Source of the DNA: an uncultured Dehalococcoidia bacterium
GTDB taxonomy: Bacteria > Chloroflexota > Dehalococcoidia > Lucifugimonadales > GCA-2712585
Assembly (NCBI GenBank): GCA_964418665.1
Contig: CAYQLZ010000002.1
Span: 33,615 to 97,614 of the forward strand
DNA length: 64,000 nucleotides
Direction: 5' to 3'
Within the stretch, counting starts at the first letter, position 1. The number at the start of each line of letters is the position of its first letter. The notes beneath the pieces are model-generated. The model was given only the letters and a program-made list of their open reading frames with translations, was not told the DNA's origin and did no database searches. Shown one piece after another: positions 47,413 through 57,882 of this stretch. Position numbers and translations under genes: made by a program.

Positions 47413-47648
47413 TAGCCGATTCCGACGGATATGCAGGTAACCGTTCTCACCACGCCCGTAAAGTGCACGTGGTCGGTTACCAGGTCGCCCACTGCGGCAA
47501 TGTCCCGTGCTTCAAGCAGGGCGATGATATCGTAGGGACCCGTCACCACGTCCACAGATATCATACCCTCCACTTCGCGTAGGGCCTGGGCCACCTCCCT
47601 GGTGCGCCCCACGGCCGTTTCTATGAGGATATACGCTTTGGTTCTCAC
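47412..47648 (-). CDS. stand-alone Lrp/AsnC ligand-binding (RAM) domain protein
   Basis: 78 aa. KAYILIETAVGRTREVAQALREVEGMISVDVVTGPYDIIALLEA. Confidence 0.75.
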   Translation of the reverse strand: MRTKAYILIETAVGRTREVAQALREVEGMISVDVVTGPYDIIALLEARDIAAVGDLVTDHVHFTGVVRTVTCISVGIG

Positions 47649-48055
47649 TTCAGACCCCCATCGATATAATCAGAATAATTGCATCCCCCCCACCGGCACT
47701 CGCCCAAAAGCCAATTCTATCTTTACCCCAATACAAGCGTCAAATAACCGACCCCCCGTCATTTCAGCCTTCGCTGGAATCCAACACCCCAATGTGACAT
47801 CCGGCCCATTGCCCCACCTCCTCCTCCCCTGCTACCCTCAATCCATGAAATCCCCCAGTTCTTCCCGTAGACATCCATGTTTGGAGACCGCATTCGGTTG
47901 CCGTGCTTCTTTCGAAACGAATCTCACGCCTGAATCCCTCCCTCTCAGGCACGGATTCGATTTCCCAAACGAAGCAAGTCCACGCCTGACCCCGCTAAAA
48001 CGAATACCCGAAAATCCCACCAAAACGCCTTCATTTCAGTGAACGAATCCCCGCG

Positions 48056-48790
48056 ATGAAGTCCCCACATTCACTAACCTCCACATTCCGAGAGGGCCTG
48101 ACCCAACTCGGCCTCACCCTGTCCGATGTACAGGTCCGCAAATTCCTGCTCCATGAGCGCGAACTGGAAGTCTGGAACCGGCGCATGAACCTCACCAGTA
48201 TCACTGGACATGAGCAGGTCCACACCTTCCATTTCCTCGACTCCCTCTCCGTCCTCCTGGCCATCCCTCCCGAAATCAGGGCCGGTGGCAGCGTCATTGA
48301 CGTAGGCGCCGGCGCCGGCTTCCCAGGCATATCCCTGAAAATCGTTCTCCCCGGCCTGCGCCTGACCTTGCTGGAGTCCGTCGGTAAAAAGGTAACCTTC
48401 CTCCAGCACCTCCTCGATCCCCTAGGACTCAACGACGTTCAACTGCACAATACCCGAGCCGAGACCCTCGCCCAACAGCCCGACCACCGAGAATCCTACG
48501 ACGTTGCCCTTGCCCGCGGCGTTGCCCGCCTCCCAGTCCTGGCGGAACTCACCCTCCCTTTCTGCAAGCCCGGAGGCATCGTTGTCGCCCACAAGAAGGG
48601 CGATATCTCCCAGGAACTCGACGATGCCCAGAACGCCATCTCGACGCTGGGCGGACGCCTCGATCAGGTCCTACCCATCAACCTTCCCGGCCTCCAGGAC
48701 AACCGCTGCCTCGTCGTTCTCGAAAAGGTCTCCCCAACCCCTGCCCGCTACCCCCGCCGCCCCGGCATCCCCAAAAGGCGCCCGCTGTAA
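48056..48790 (+). CDS. rsmG: 16S rRNA (guanine527-N7)-methyltransferase
   Basis: NLTSITGHEQVHTFHFLDSL...VIDVGAGAGFPGISLKIV. Confidence 0.9.
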   Translation: MKSPHSLTSTFREGLTQLGLTLSDVQVRKFLLHERELEVWNRRMNLTSITGHEQVHTFHFLDSLSVLLAIPPEIRAGGSVIDVGAGAGFPGISLKIVLPGLRLTLLESVGKKVTFLQHLLDPLGLNDVQLHNTRAETLAQQPDHRESYDVALARGVARLPVLAELTLPFCKPGGIVVAHKKGDISQELDDAQNAISTLGGRLDQVLPINLPGLQDNRCLVVLEKVSPTPARYPRRPGIPKRRPL

Positions 48791-48866
48791 AGCAGCCGAT
48801 GTCGCAAATGTCCGGTTGTGACCTTTGAGAACGATTGCGTTATAATGGGCAAACTAGGAGGGTGTG

Positions 48867-49049
48867 ATGGCCAGAGAAGAACAACCCATTACCAGGTCGG
48901 AACTCAGGGAATAATTAAAACACTATGCAACCAAGGCGGACCTTGCCCATATGGAGACCCGTCTGACCAGATGGATGGTGGGAATGATGCTTGGGGCAAT
49001 CGTTGCGGCATCCTCCGCATCGTTGGTGATTCAGAGGTTGCTCGGTTGA
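48867..49049 (+). pseudogene. DUF1640-like tail-anchored mini-protein gene interrupted by an in-frame TAA
   Basis: AGGAGG-5 nt-ATG 48867. Translation MAREEQPITRSELRE-TAA(48912)-LKHYATKADLAHMETRLTRWMVGMMLGAIVAASSASLVIQRLLG, ending at TGA 49047. Confidence 0.4.
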
Positions 49050-49181
49050 CCCCTGGGTGACAACCAACGGCTCGGCTTCTACCCAGGTCGAAGCCGTCTC
49101 AGGCATCCGTTTCCTCGTATCGGATGTGGTTGGCGAAATGCTGGGCAGCGGCGAATTCCCACCCGCGCCCACCTGCTCAAG

Positions 49182-49211
49182 TTGACACACTTTTATGCCC
49201 AATGATAGAAT
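49182..49211 (+). promoter_or_regulatory. promoter of the citrate synthase gene (TTGACA-18-TAGAAT)
   Basis: -35 at 49182-49187 and -10 at 49206-49211. The SD GAAGGAG lies before ATG 49308. Confidence 0.5.
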
Positions 49212-49307
49212 CGCCAAGCGTCGCCGCTGGCATACAACAGGCGTTTCAACACGTCCTGAAATGCTATCGACGGCCCCCTACCCCTGCTGTTAGAAGGAGT
49301 CCTGTCT

Positions 49308-50450
49308 ATGGCAGAGCAGTCCCCGCAGATATTTCGTGGCCTTCGTGGCGTCTATGCGGACACCACCACCTCCAGCTTCATCGACGGCGAAGTCGGCAAG
49401 CTCCTCTATCGGGGCTACAATATCCATGACCTGGCGGAGAAGTCCACCTTCGAAGAGATTGTCTATCTCCTTCTCTACGGCGAGCTTCCCACCAGGGCCC
49501 AGCTTGAGGAGATTGACGCCACCCTGAGGAAGAGCAGAAGTCTCCCTTCGGAAGTAATGGAAGTGCTCAAGGTGGTGAAGGACAGCCACCCCATGGACGC
49601 CCTCCGCACCGCCGTTTCCGTTCTCGGCTGTGTTGACCCTGAGCGTGAGGACAACTCCGTCGAAGCCACCCGGCGCAAGGGCATCCGCATCACCGCCCAG
49701 GTTCCCACCATCGTCACCGCCCACCACAGGATCCGGACAGGACAGGACCCCGTGGAGCCGGATCCCGAGTTGAACCACGCCGGGAATTTCCTCTATATGC
49801 TCTTTGGGGAACGGCCCACAGAGGAAGAGATGAAGCTGATGGACGTGGACTTCATCGTCCACGCCGAGCACGGCTCCAACGCCTCCTCATTCGCCGCCAG
49901 GGTGGCAGCTTCTACCGTCTCCGACCTGCACTCCGCCGTTGTCACCGGCATAGGCGTCCTCAAGGGCCCCTGGCACGGTGGCGCCGCCGAAGCCGTCATG
50001 AAGATGGCCCAGGACATCGGCACCCCTGAAAATGCCGAAGCCTACGCCCGCAATATCATCGACAACGGCGGACGCATCATGGGCTTTGGCCACCGCGTCT
50101 ATAGGGCGGAGGACCCCAGGGCCGGTCACATGCGTGACCGCTCCGAGGTTCTCAGCAAGCAGAAGGGTCAGCCCCAGTGGTTCCAGATTCTCCTCCACCT
50201 GGAGCAGAAGGTGATGCGACCCTACCAGGCCAAGGGGATCTACGTGAACGTGGACTTCTACGCAGGCTCTATCTACTACCTGCTGGACATCCCCGACGAC
50301 CTGTTTGTGCCTATTTTCGCCATGGGACGCATCCCCGGTTGGACCCTCCAGTGCATGGAGCAGTACGAGAACAACATAATCATCCGACCCCTCACCGAGT
50401 ACGTCGGCCCCATGGACCTGGAGTACGTCCCCATAGAAGAGCGCGGCTAG
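49308..50450 (+). CDS. gltA: citrate synthase (short, type II-like/2-methylcitrate synthase family)
   Basis: GLRGVYADTT...GKLLYRGY...GFGHRVYRAEDPRA...DFYAG. Confidence 0.9.
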   Translation: MAEQSPQIFRGLRGVYADTTTSSFIDGEVGKLLYRGYNIHDLAEKSTFEEIVYLLLYGELPTRAQLEEIDATLRKSRSLPSEVMEVLKVVKDSHPMDALRTAVSVLGCVDPEREDNSVEATRRKGIRITAQVPTIVTAHHRIRTGQDPVEPDPELNHAGNFLYMLFGERPTEEEMKLMDVDFIVHAEHGSNASSFAARVAASTVSDLHSAVVTGIGVLKGPWHGGAAEAVMKMAQDIGTPENAEAYARNIIDNGGRIMGFGHRVYRAEDPRAGHMRDRSEVLSKQKGQPQWFQILLHLEQKVMRPYQAKGIYVNVDFYAGSIYYLLDIPDDLFVPIFAMGRIPGWTLQCMEQYENNIIIRPLTEYVGPMDLEYVPIEERG

Positions 50451-50507
50451 CCTGCAGCGGCCCACTCCCCTTTCGTTCCTGCTGCTGGAGATCCGTGAGC
50501 AATCGTC

Positions 50508-50527
50508 ATTCCGGCGAAGGCCGGAAT
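50508..50527. repeat. palindromic element ATTCCGGC-GAAG-GCCGGAAT
   Basis: 8-bp stem with a tetraloop, 58 nt after the citrate synthase stop, followed by a second hairpin gccac-gcagcag-gtggc (50541-50557). Confidence 0.6.
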
Positions 50528-50750
50528 CCAGCATGGGTAGGCCACGCAGCAGGTGGCTGCCACCATCCCGTTATTGCGCTGTTGGTGGATCTACTGAAAG
50601 GTCTCCATAAGCAAGCTCATTTTTCTCTAAACCTTTCGGAGCGTTAGCCTTGCGGCTCTCCCGCTCCCACTGATACCACTTACGACGCGCAACCCGGTAT
50701 GTGGTAAGGTGGCGGTCAACGGGGGCAACCTTCACCCAGGAGCGATAATC

Positions 50751-51383
50751 ATGATTGACAACGGGCCCAAGCTCAACGACAAGCCGGTTCGCGCCATAGT
50801 CTGGTCTGACTACATCTGACCCTGGTGCTACATCGGGGCGGCCAGCCTCGAAAAGCTCGCCACTGAATACAACATCACTATTGAACGACGCCCGTTTCTC
50901 CTTCGCCCCGACATCGGGCCCGAGGGCATCGCCCGCGAGCCCCGCCCGGGCGAAAATGGTGACCGTCTAGGCGAACCCGTCGGAAGCCGGGCCGAGGCTG
51001 AGGGTCTCGTCATGCGCCGGCCCTCCCTCACCCCCTTTACAATGCCCTCCCTGGAAGCCACCGAATTCGCCCGCGAGGTCGGCATGGACCAGGCCTTCTT
51101 CGACCAGACTATGAAGGCCTATTGGGAAGAAGGCCTCAACCTCGGCGACATGGCCGTCCTGGAGTCCCTGGCCAGCAGATCCGGCCTCGACTGGACAGTC
51201 CTGCAGCCACGACTCGAATCCGGCCACTATCGCGAGCAGGTGTTGGCGCAGCACCGCGAGGCCATCAGTTTGGGCATCCGGGGAATACCAGCCTTCCTCA
51301 TCGGAAACATGCTCTTCACCGGCACCCAGCCCTACGAGGTCTTCAAGAGTGTCATCGACCGTGTTCTGAGCGAACCGGCCTGA
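50751..51383 (+). CDS. DsbA/FrnE-family thiol:disulfide oxidoreductase with in-frame TGA at the first CxxC position (candidate selenoprotein, U-P-W-C)
   Basis: AGGAG-8 nt-ATG 50751. The frame has a single interruption, TGA 50817-50819, in VWSDYI-TGA-PWCYIG. It is otherwise open to the stop at 51381-51383. The ORF track reports only 51012-51383. Confidence 0.6.
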
Positions 51384-51427
51384 CTCACACACTTCGTAGT
51401 CGATAGTCCAGCCCACAGGAGGTCACG

Positions 51428-52513
51428 TTGTCCACTGACCAGCAGACCCGTCGACGCTCCACATCTACCGGTGTCACCCTCCACAACCCGGAGAAAGCCT
51501 GCCCAGGCTACGTGCTGTACACTCCCATGTACGGCATCGGCCACGTCGACCTCATAGACCTCAAGGGCCACGTGGTCCATCGCTGGGAGATGCCCCATCC
51601 CCCCGGCCTATATGGCTACTTCCTTCCCAATGGCAACCTCTTCTACCTTGGTAAAACCAAAGACCACACCTGGGACCGCTTCCCTTCATGGAATCGTTTC
51701 AAGGGGGGTGTGATAATGGAGGTCGACTGGGAGGGCAACCTGGTCTGGGAACACCGCGACATAGATCACCATCACGACGCCCGCCGCACCGAGTCCGGCG
51801 GCGCCATCTACCTCACCGTGGAGAGAGTCCCCGGCGCCATCGCCTCCCAGGTCAAAGGCGGTCTGCCTAATGAAGGCGGTATGTGGTCCGACACCATCGT
51901 AGAAGTCGACGCCTCCGGCAACCGCATCTGGGAGTGGCGATCTCACGAACACCTCGACACCGAAACTGACGTCATCACCTACTGCGATTTCCGCGACGAG
52001 TGGGCCCACGGTAACACCATCGTCCCTCTCTCCGGTGACTGCGTCATGGTCAGCTTCCGCAACATCTCCACCGTCGGCATCATAGACAAGAATTCCGGCC
52101 GGTGGACCTGGAAGATTGACTACGACACCCTGGCCCAGCAGCACGACCCGAGTATGCTCGACAACGGCAACGTCCTCATCTTCGACAACGGCGCCCACCG
52201 CAAGAACCATCCTCTGCCCCACTCACGCGTCATAGAAGTATCCACCTCCACCGGCCAAATCGTCTGGTCCTACACCGATACTCCTCTTTACAACTTCTTC
52301 AGCCCCTACATCTCCGGCGCCCGCCGCTTACCTAACGGCAATACACTCATCACGGAGGGAATGTTCGGACGCATTTTTCAGGTCACCACTGAAGGGGAGG
52401 TCGTCTGGGAGTACATCAATCCCCATTTCTTCGAAGCCCCTGACGGCGCCATCACCAACGCTGTCTTCCGATCCACCCATTACCTCCCCGAGCAAGTGCC
52501 GCACCTCCGTTGA
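51428..52513 (+). CDS. arylsulfotransferase (ASST)-family beta-propeller protein
   Basis: 361 aa. Repeated WE/W-x-W strand motifs, HHHDARR, HGNTIVPL, QHDPSMLDNGNVLIFDNG. Confidence 0.7.
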   Translation: MSTDQQTRRRSTSTGVTLHNPEKACPGYVLYTPMYGIGHVDLIDLKGHVVHRWEMPHPPGLYGYFLPNGNLFYLGKTKDHTWDRFPSWNRFKGGVIMEVDWEGNLVWEHRDIDHHHDARRTESGGAIYLTVERVPGAIASQVKGGLPNEGGMWSDTIVEVDASGNRIWEWRSHEHLDTETDVITYCDFRDEWAHGNTIVPLSGDCVMVSFRNISTVGIIDKNSGRWTWKIDYDTLAQQHDPSMLDNGNVLIFDNGAHRKNHPLPHSRVIEVSTSTGQIVWSYTDTPLYNFFSPYISGARRLPNGNTLITEGMFGRIFQVTTEGEVVWEYINPHFFEAPDGAITNAVFRSTHYLPEQVPHLR

Positions 52514-52542
52514 CGTTCCCACCAACCTGGTTGCCCAACCCC

Positions 52543-53367
52543 CTAACCCCGCTGCGCCGTCACCCACATTCGGAAGTCATCCGGCCTTAACGGAGCAGCC
52601 CGCGTCCCGTCGCCGGTCAGGGTGAAGCTGCTCACTGGCTCCCACCCTGCCCGCGCCAGCAATTCCCGCATCTCGTGCAGGCTGTATGCCCGCAGTTCCA
52701 GGTCGACCCGCGGACGCAGCCTCAGGTTGTCACCGCTTCTCTCATAGAAGCTCCACTCGCTGTGGACCGACGATGTCTCCAGGTCGAAGCTGCGATGGTC
52801 ATACCTGGAGATGCTTCCTGCCTCCTCGAACCCGATGGGAGTGAAGTTGCGCAGGATGTAGTCCCGGTTCAGCGTCTCGATCACCAGCACCGCTCCGGGT
52901 TCGGACAGGCCGTGCAGGTCGCGAAAGAAACGTAGGTCGTCGTCCTTCCGATGGTATCCGTGGGAGGTAAACATGTTCACCACGGCCTGAAACGGCACTT
53001 CATCCCCCAGCGCGCTCGCCACATCCAGCATATCTCCCCGGATGAACCTGGTATCCACCCCCGCCTCGTCCGCCGCACGACGAGATTCCTCCAGGTACGC
53101 AGGCGAGAAGTCCAACCCCACCACCTCGTACCCACGCGACGCCAATGGAATGCTGTGACGCCCTATGCCGCAGCCCGCATCCAATACCCGCGCCCCGTCC
53201 GGGACCCCGATCTTCCTCAACTGCTGGGCGATCACCCCCACCTCCGCCTCGGCGCGGGGCTTGGCCACCTCCAGGAACGGCAGATACAGGTGAGCGTTGT
53301 CTACAAAAAGCCGCTGTGTCCAGTGACGGCTTCCTATACCCTCCTCGTCGCTGCTCATGGACGCCAA
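52543..53367 (-). CDS. class I SAM-dependent methyltransferase
   Basis: VLDAGCGIGRHSIPLASRGYEVVGLDFS motif I/II. Confidence 0.8.
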   Translation of the reverse strand: MASMSSDEEGIGSRHWTQRLFVDNAHLYLPFLEVAKPRAEAEVGVIAQQLRKIGVPDGARVLDAGCGIGRHSIPLASRGYEVVGLDFSPAYLEESRRAADEAGVDTRFIRGDMLDVASALGDEVPFQAVVNMFTSHGYHRKDDDLRFFRDLHGLSEPGAVLVIETLNRDYILRNFTPIGFEEAGSISRYDHRSFDLETSSVHSEWSFYERSGDNLRLRPRVDLELRAYSLHEMRELLARAGWEPVSSFTLTGDGTRAAPLRPDDFRMWVTAQRG

Positions 53368-53373
53368 AGCCCC

Positions 53374-55329
<1,956 letters not shown>

Positions 55330-55460
55330 GGGAAACCTCCGGCGTTAGATGGACTTGCAGAATTATTAACACAAAGCCCCCTGGTAGTAAACACGAACCA
55401 CCTGCGGTGGTATCATGCACCCTGAAACCTCAAGTATTACGCTAAAAACAGGAGCATTGC

Positions 55461-56147
55461 ATGATAACCGTCAATCCCTCTCCCTCGCCCATAGATCCGG
55501 CTTTGGTAGACGCTTACAAGAAGCTCGCCCCCGCCACCCTCGGCCATATCCTGGAAACGGCAATGGAGTCCGCCATCCAGCCCGTCTACAGGCCCATTAA
55601 GCTGGTGGGGACGGCGATCACCGTCCAGACATACCCGCAGATAACCTCCGCCGTCGCCGAGGCATTGAAGATCGCCCGGCCCGGCGATGTCCTCGTCATC
55701 GCCCGCGGTGACGAGTATCGACACGCCACCACCGGCGAAATCGGGTGTCTCGGATATATGGAGGTGGGCATCGCCGGCATGGTCACGGACGGCCCCATCG
55801 CCGACCGGGTCGCCATCGAGCGGATGCAGTTCCCCGTCTTCTCCCGCGGCGCCGTGGCCATGACCGGCAAAACCGGCGGCTGGGGCATCGAGTGGGGCGG
55901 GGTCAACGTGCCGGTCAACGTGGGAGGCGTGGTCGTCAAACCCGGCGACATGGTCTTCGGTGATGACGACGGCGTCCTCGTAGCCTCCCCACAGGAAGCC
56001 CGACAGCACCTCGCCTTCGTGCAGGAAAAAGAGGCTTGGGAGGAATGGGTCCGCGGCGAAATCGCAAAGGGTCGGACCATTTCCCAGTGCCGCGCCGAAC
56101 GCCCCGACCCCATGACGAAGGTCACCATCGGCACCATCAACCGTTGA
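55461..56147 (+). CDS. RraA-family protein (HMG/CHA aldolase or oxaloacetate decarboxylase-like)
   Basis: 228 aa. ATTGEIGCLGYMEVGIAGMVTDGPIAD...GDMVFGDDDGVLV. Confidence 0.85.
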   Translation: MITVNPSPSPIDPALVDAYKKLAPATLGHILETAMESAIQPVYRPIKLVGTAITVQTYPQITSAVAEALKIARPGDVLVIARGDEYRHATTGEIGCLGYMEVGIAGMVTDGPIADRVAIERMQFPVFSRGAVAMTGKTGGWGIEWGGVNVPVNVGGVVVKPGDMVFGDDDGVLVASPQEARQHLAFVQEKEAWEEWVRGEIAKGRTISQCRAERPDPMTKVTIGTINR

Positions 56148-56195
56148 CCGCTTGGGAGCCTCTTTCGCGCGGTAAGGGGGAAAGTGGGAGGCTTG

Positions 56196-56284
56196 CGCGT
56201 AACCCATTTGGGGATGACGGCGACAAGGACAGCCAATCCCGAGATATACGTTTGGCAAAACGTACAGGAAGGGAAAGAAGATAG
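56196..56284 (+). pseudogene. C-terminal remnant of a RelE/ParE-type addiction-module killer protein
   Basis: The frame reads ...RNPFGDDGDKDSQSRDIRLAKRTGRERR*. This resembles the conserved ...LLLCGGDKSTQ..DI..AK tail, but no intact N-terminal part is present. Confidence 0.3.
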
Positions 56285-56288
56285 CTCT

Positions 56289-56480
56289 ATGGGAGAGACT
56301 TTTGCAAAGTGGGACGCAGCAGATTCTCTGAAGACTGAAGAGGACGCCCTGTACAAAGCCCAGTCTGAGGGTAAGCTGCCCGGTTTTTCCATTGTGTTGC
56401 GAATCATAAAGACTCTCGGATTTGAGCTGATGCTGAAGCGTAGAGTGAGGGTGGAGGAAGAGGAACCCGTTTCTGCCTGA
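56289..56480 (+). pseudogene. truncated addiction-module antidote (HTH) protein remnant
   Basis: MGETFAKWDAADSLKTEEDA then directly LYKAQSEGKLPGFSIVLRIIKTLGFELMLK. The central HTH segment of the family appears to be deleted (63 aa against about 95 aa). Confidence 0.4.
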
Positions 56481-56640
56481 AGGAAAGATCCACTCGCCAC
56501 GGCATTTGCGCTTCTACCCGTAGGTCCTGACCGCAAGACCCTTTCCCCCTTCTTCTCCGCTCCCCGGATGACGTCCCAGCCCCGGGGCTGGTAGAATTGA
56601 GGTTCATCCCCTAAGCTGCACACACTCGCCAACGCAAGAA

Positions 56641-57882
56641 ATGGACATCTCAAACCCAGCCCTTTTAGTCATCCTGGCCACCCTGGTGCTGACGGCGCTC
56701 ATGCTCGCCGTCTCCCACTTCGTGGTCCCGCGCTACCTCCTCGGCTTCCTCCAGTGGATGGACGACATCATCCCCGCCGACCAGTCCAGCTTCGTCAAGC
56801 CCATAGCCCGCTTCGTCGAGATGGTCCTCGGCCTCATGATCGTGACCGCCGCCGCCTTTACCGTCGCCAGCCAGCTTGGCGCCGACATGAGCGGCGTGCT
56901 GGACAATGCCGAAACGGGCGGCGCCGCGGTGGGCCGGTGGCTTCTGGGCAGAACCCTCACTGTCAGCATCATCGTCATTGTCGCCTTCCTTGGCATCCGC
57001 TTCGTCAGCCGTATCACCTCCCCCATCATTGAGCAATACCTCTCCCACCGCGCCCACGAGGACAAGGAATCGGACGAGGTACAACGTCGAACGAAGACCC
57101 TTCAGAATGTTATCTCCAACACCCTCTCCACCATTATCTTCGCCATGGCCTTCTTCATGGTGCTGTCGGAGCTGGGCGTCAACATCACGCCCATCCTGGC
57201 TGGGGCCGGCGTGGCCGGCATCGCCATTGGATTCGGTGCACAGAACATCATCAAGGACATTTTCGCCGGCGTGTTCATCATGCTGGAAGACCAGTTCCGA
57301 GTTGGTGATGTGGCCGAATTAGCGGGAGTCGTCGGAACGGTGGAGGATATCAACCTTCGGCGCACCACCCTTCGCGACTTCCACATGAACCAGCACATCA
57401 TCCCAAACGGCGAAATCGGCATAGCCAGCAACTTCACCAAGGAGAAGTCCCGGGTAAATCTGGATATCGAAGTCGCATATAAGGAAGATCTGGACCGGGT
57501 GATGGAGATCATCACCCGCGTGGGTGCGGAGATTTCCGACGACCCTGAATGGCAGCCTGTGATAACGGACTCGCTGAAGGCAGTTCGGGTACAGAATTTC
57601 GGGGCTTCCGGAATTGCGATAAAGGTCATGGGTGAGACCGTGCCGATGCAGCAGTGGGCCGTCGCCGGCGAATTCCGACGGCGCATCAAGCGCGTTTTCG
57701 ATGACGAGGGCATCGAAATCCCCTTCCCCCACATGACAGTTTACTGGGGCCCGGGAGAGAACCCCTCCTACCCGGCAGCCGTCACTCGAAACCAAACGGC
57801 AGCCCCGGCAGTCCCCAAGCCCGAAGACACCTCCCCTCGAAACTCGGCTGGCCCCGGCGACGGAGATGGCGTTGGCGAGTGA
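56641..57882 (+). CDS. mechanosensitive ion channel (MscS family)
   Basis: 413 aa. TM helices, then GFGAQNIIKDIFAGVFIMLEDQFRVGDV...GTVEDINLRRTTLRD. Confidence 0.85.
   Translation: MDISNPALLVILATLVLTALMLAVSHFVVPRYLLGFLQWMDDIIPADQSSFVKPIARFVEMVLGLMIVTAAAFTVASQLGADMSGVLDNAETGGAAVGRWLLGRTLTVSIIVIVAFLGIRFVSRITSPIIEQYLSHRAHEDKESDEVQRRTKTLQNVISNTLSTIIFAMAFFMVLSELGVNITPILAGAGVAGIAIGFGAQNIIKDIFAGVFIMLEDQFRVGDVAELAGVVGTVEDINLRRTTLRDFHMNQHIIPNGEIGIASNFTKEKSRVNLDIEVAYKEDLDRVMEIITRVGAEISDDPEWQPVITDSLKAVRVQNFGASGIAIKVMGETVPMQQWAVAGEFRRRIKRVFDDEGIEIPFPHMTVYWGPGENPSYPAAVTRNQTAAPAVPKPEDTSPRNSAGPGDGDGVGE

Noticed and set aside
49887-50534. A 215-aa minus-strand ORF beginning MLDSGLRRNDD, and the plus-strand ORF 50177-50647.
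   Set aside because: The N-terminus is just the translation of the palindromic repeat at 50508-50527. The rest is antisense to, or out of frame with, citrate synthase.
50817-50819. Reading the TGA in the DsbA-like gene as a plain nonsense mutation, with the gene as a pseudogene.
   Set aside because: Not fully excluded, since TGC to TGA is a single change. It is disfavoured because the stop falls precisely on the redox-active Cys, which is the classic Sec/Cys position. The rest of the 211-codon frame is also intact and carries a good RBS. It is kept as the alternative hypothesis in the finding.
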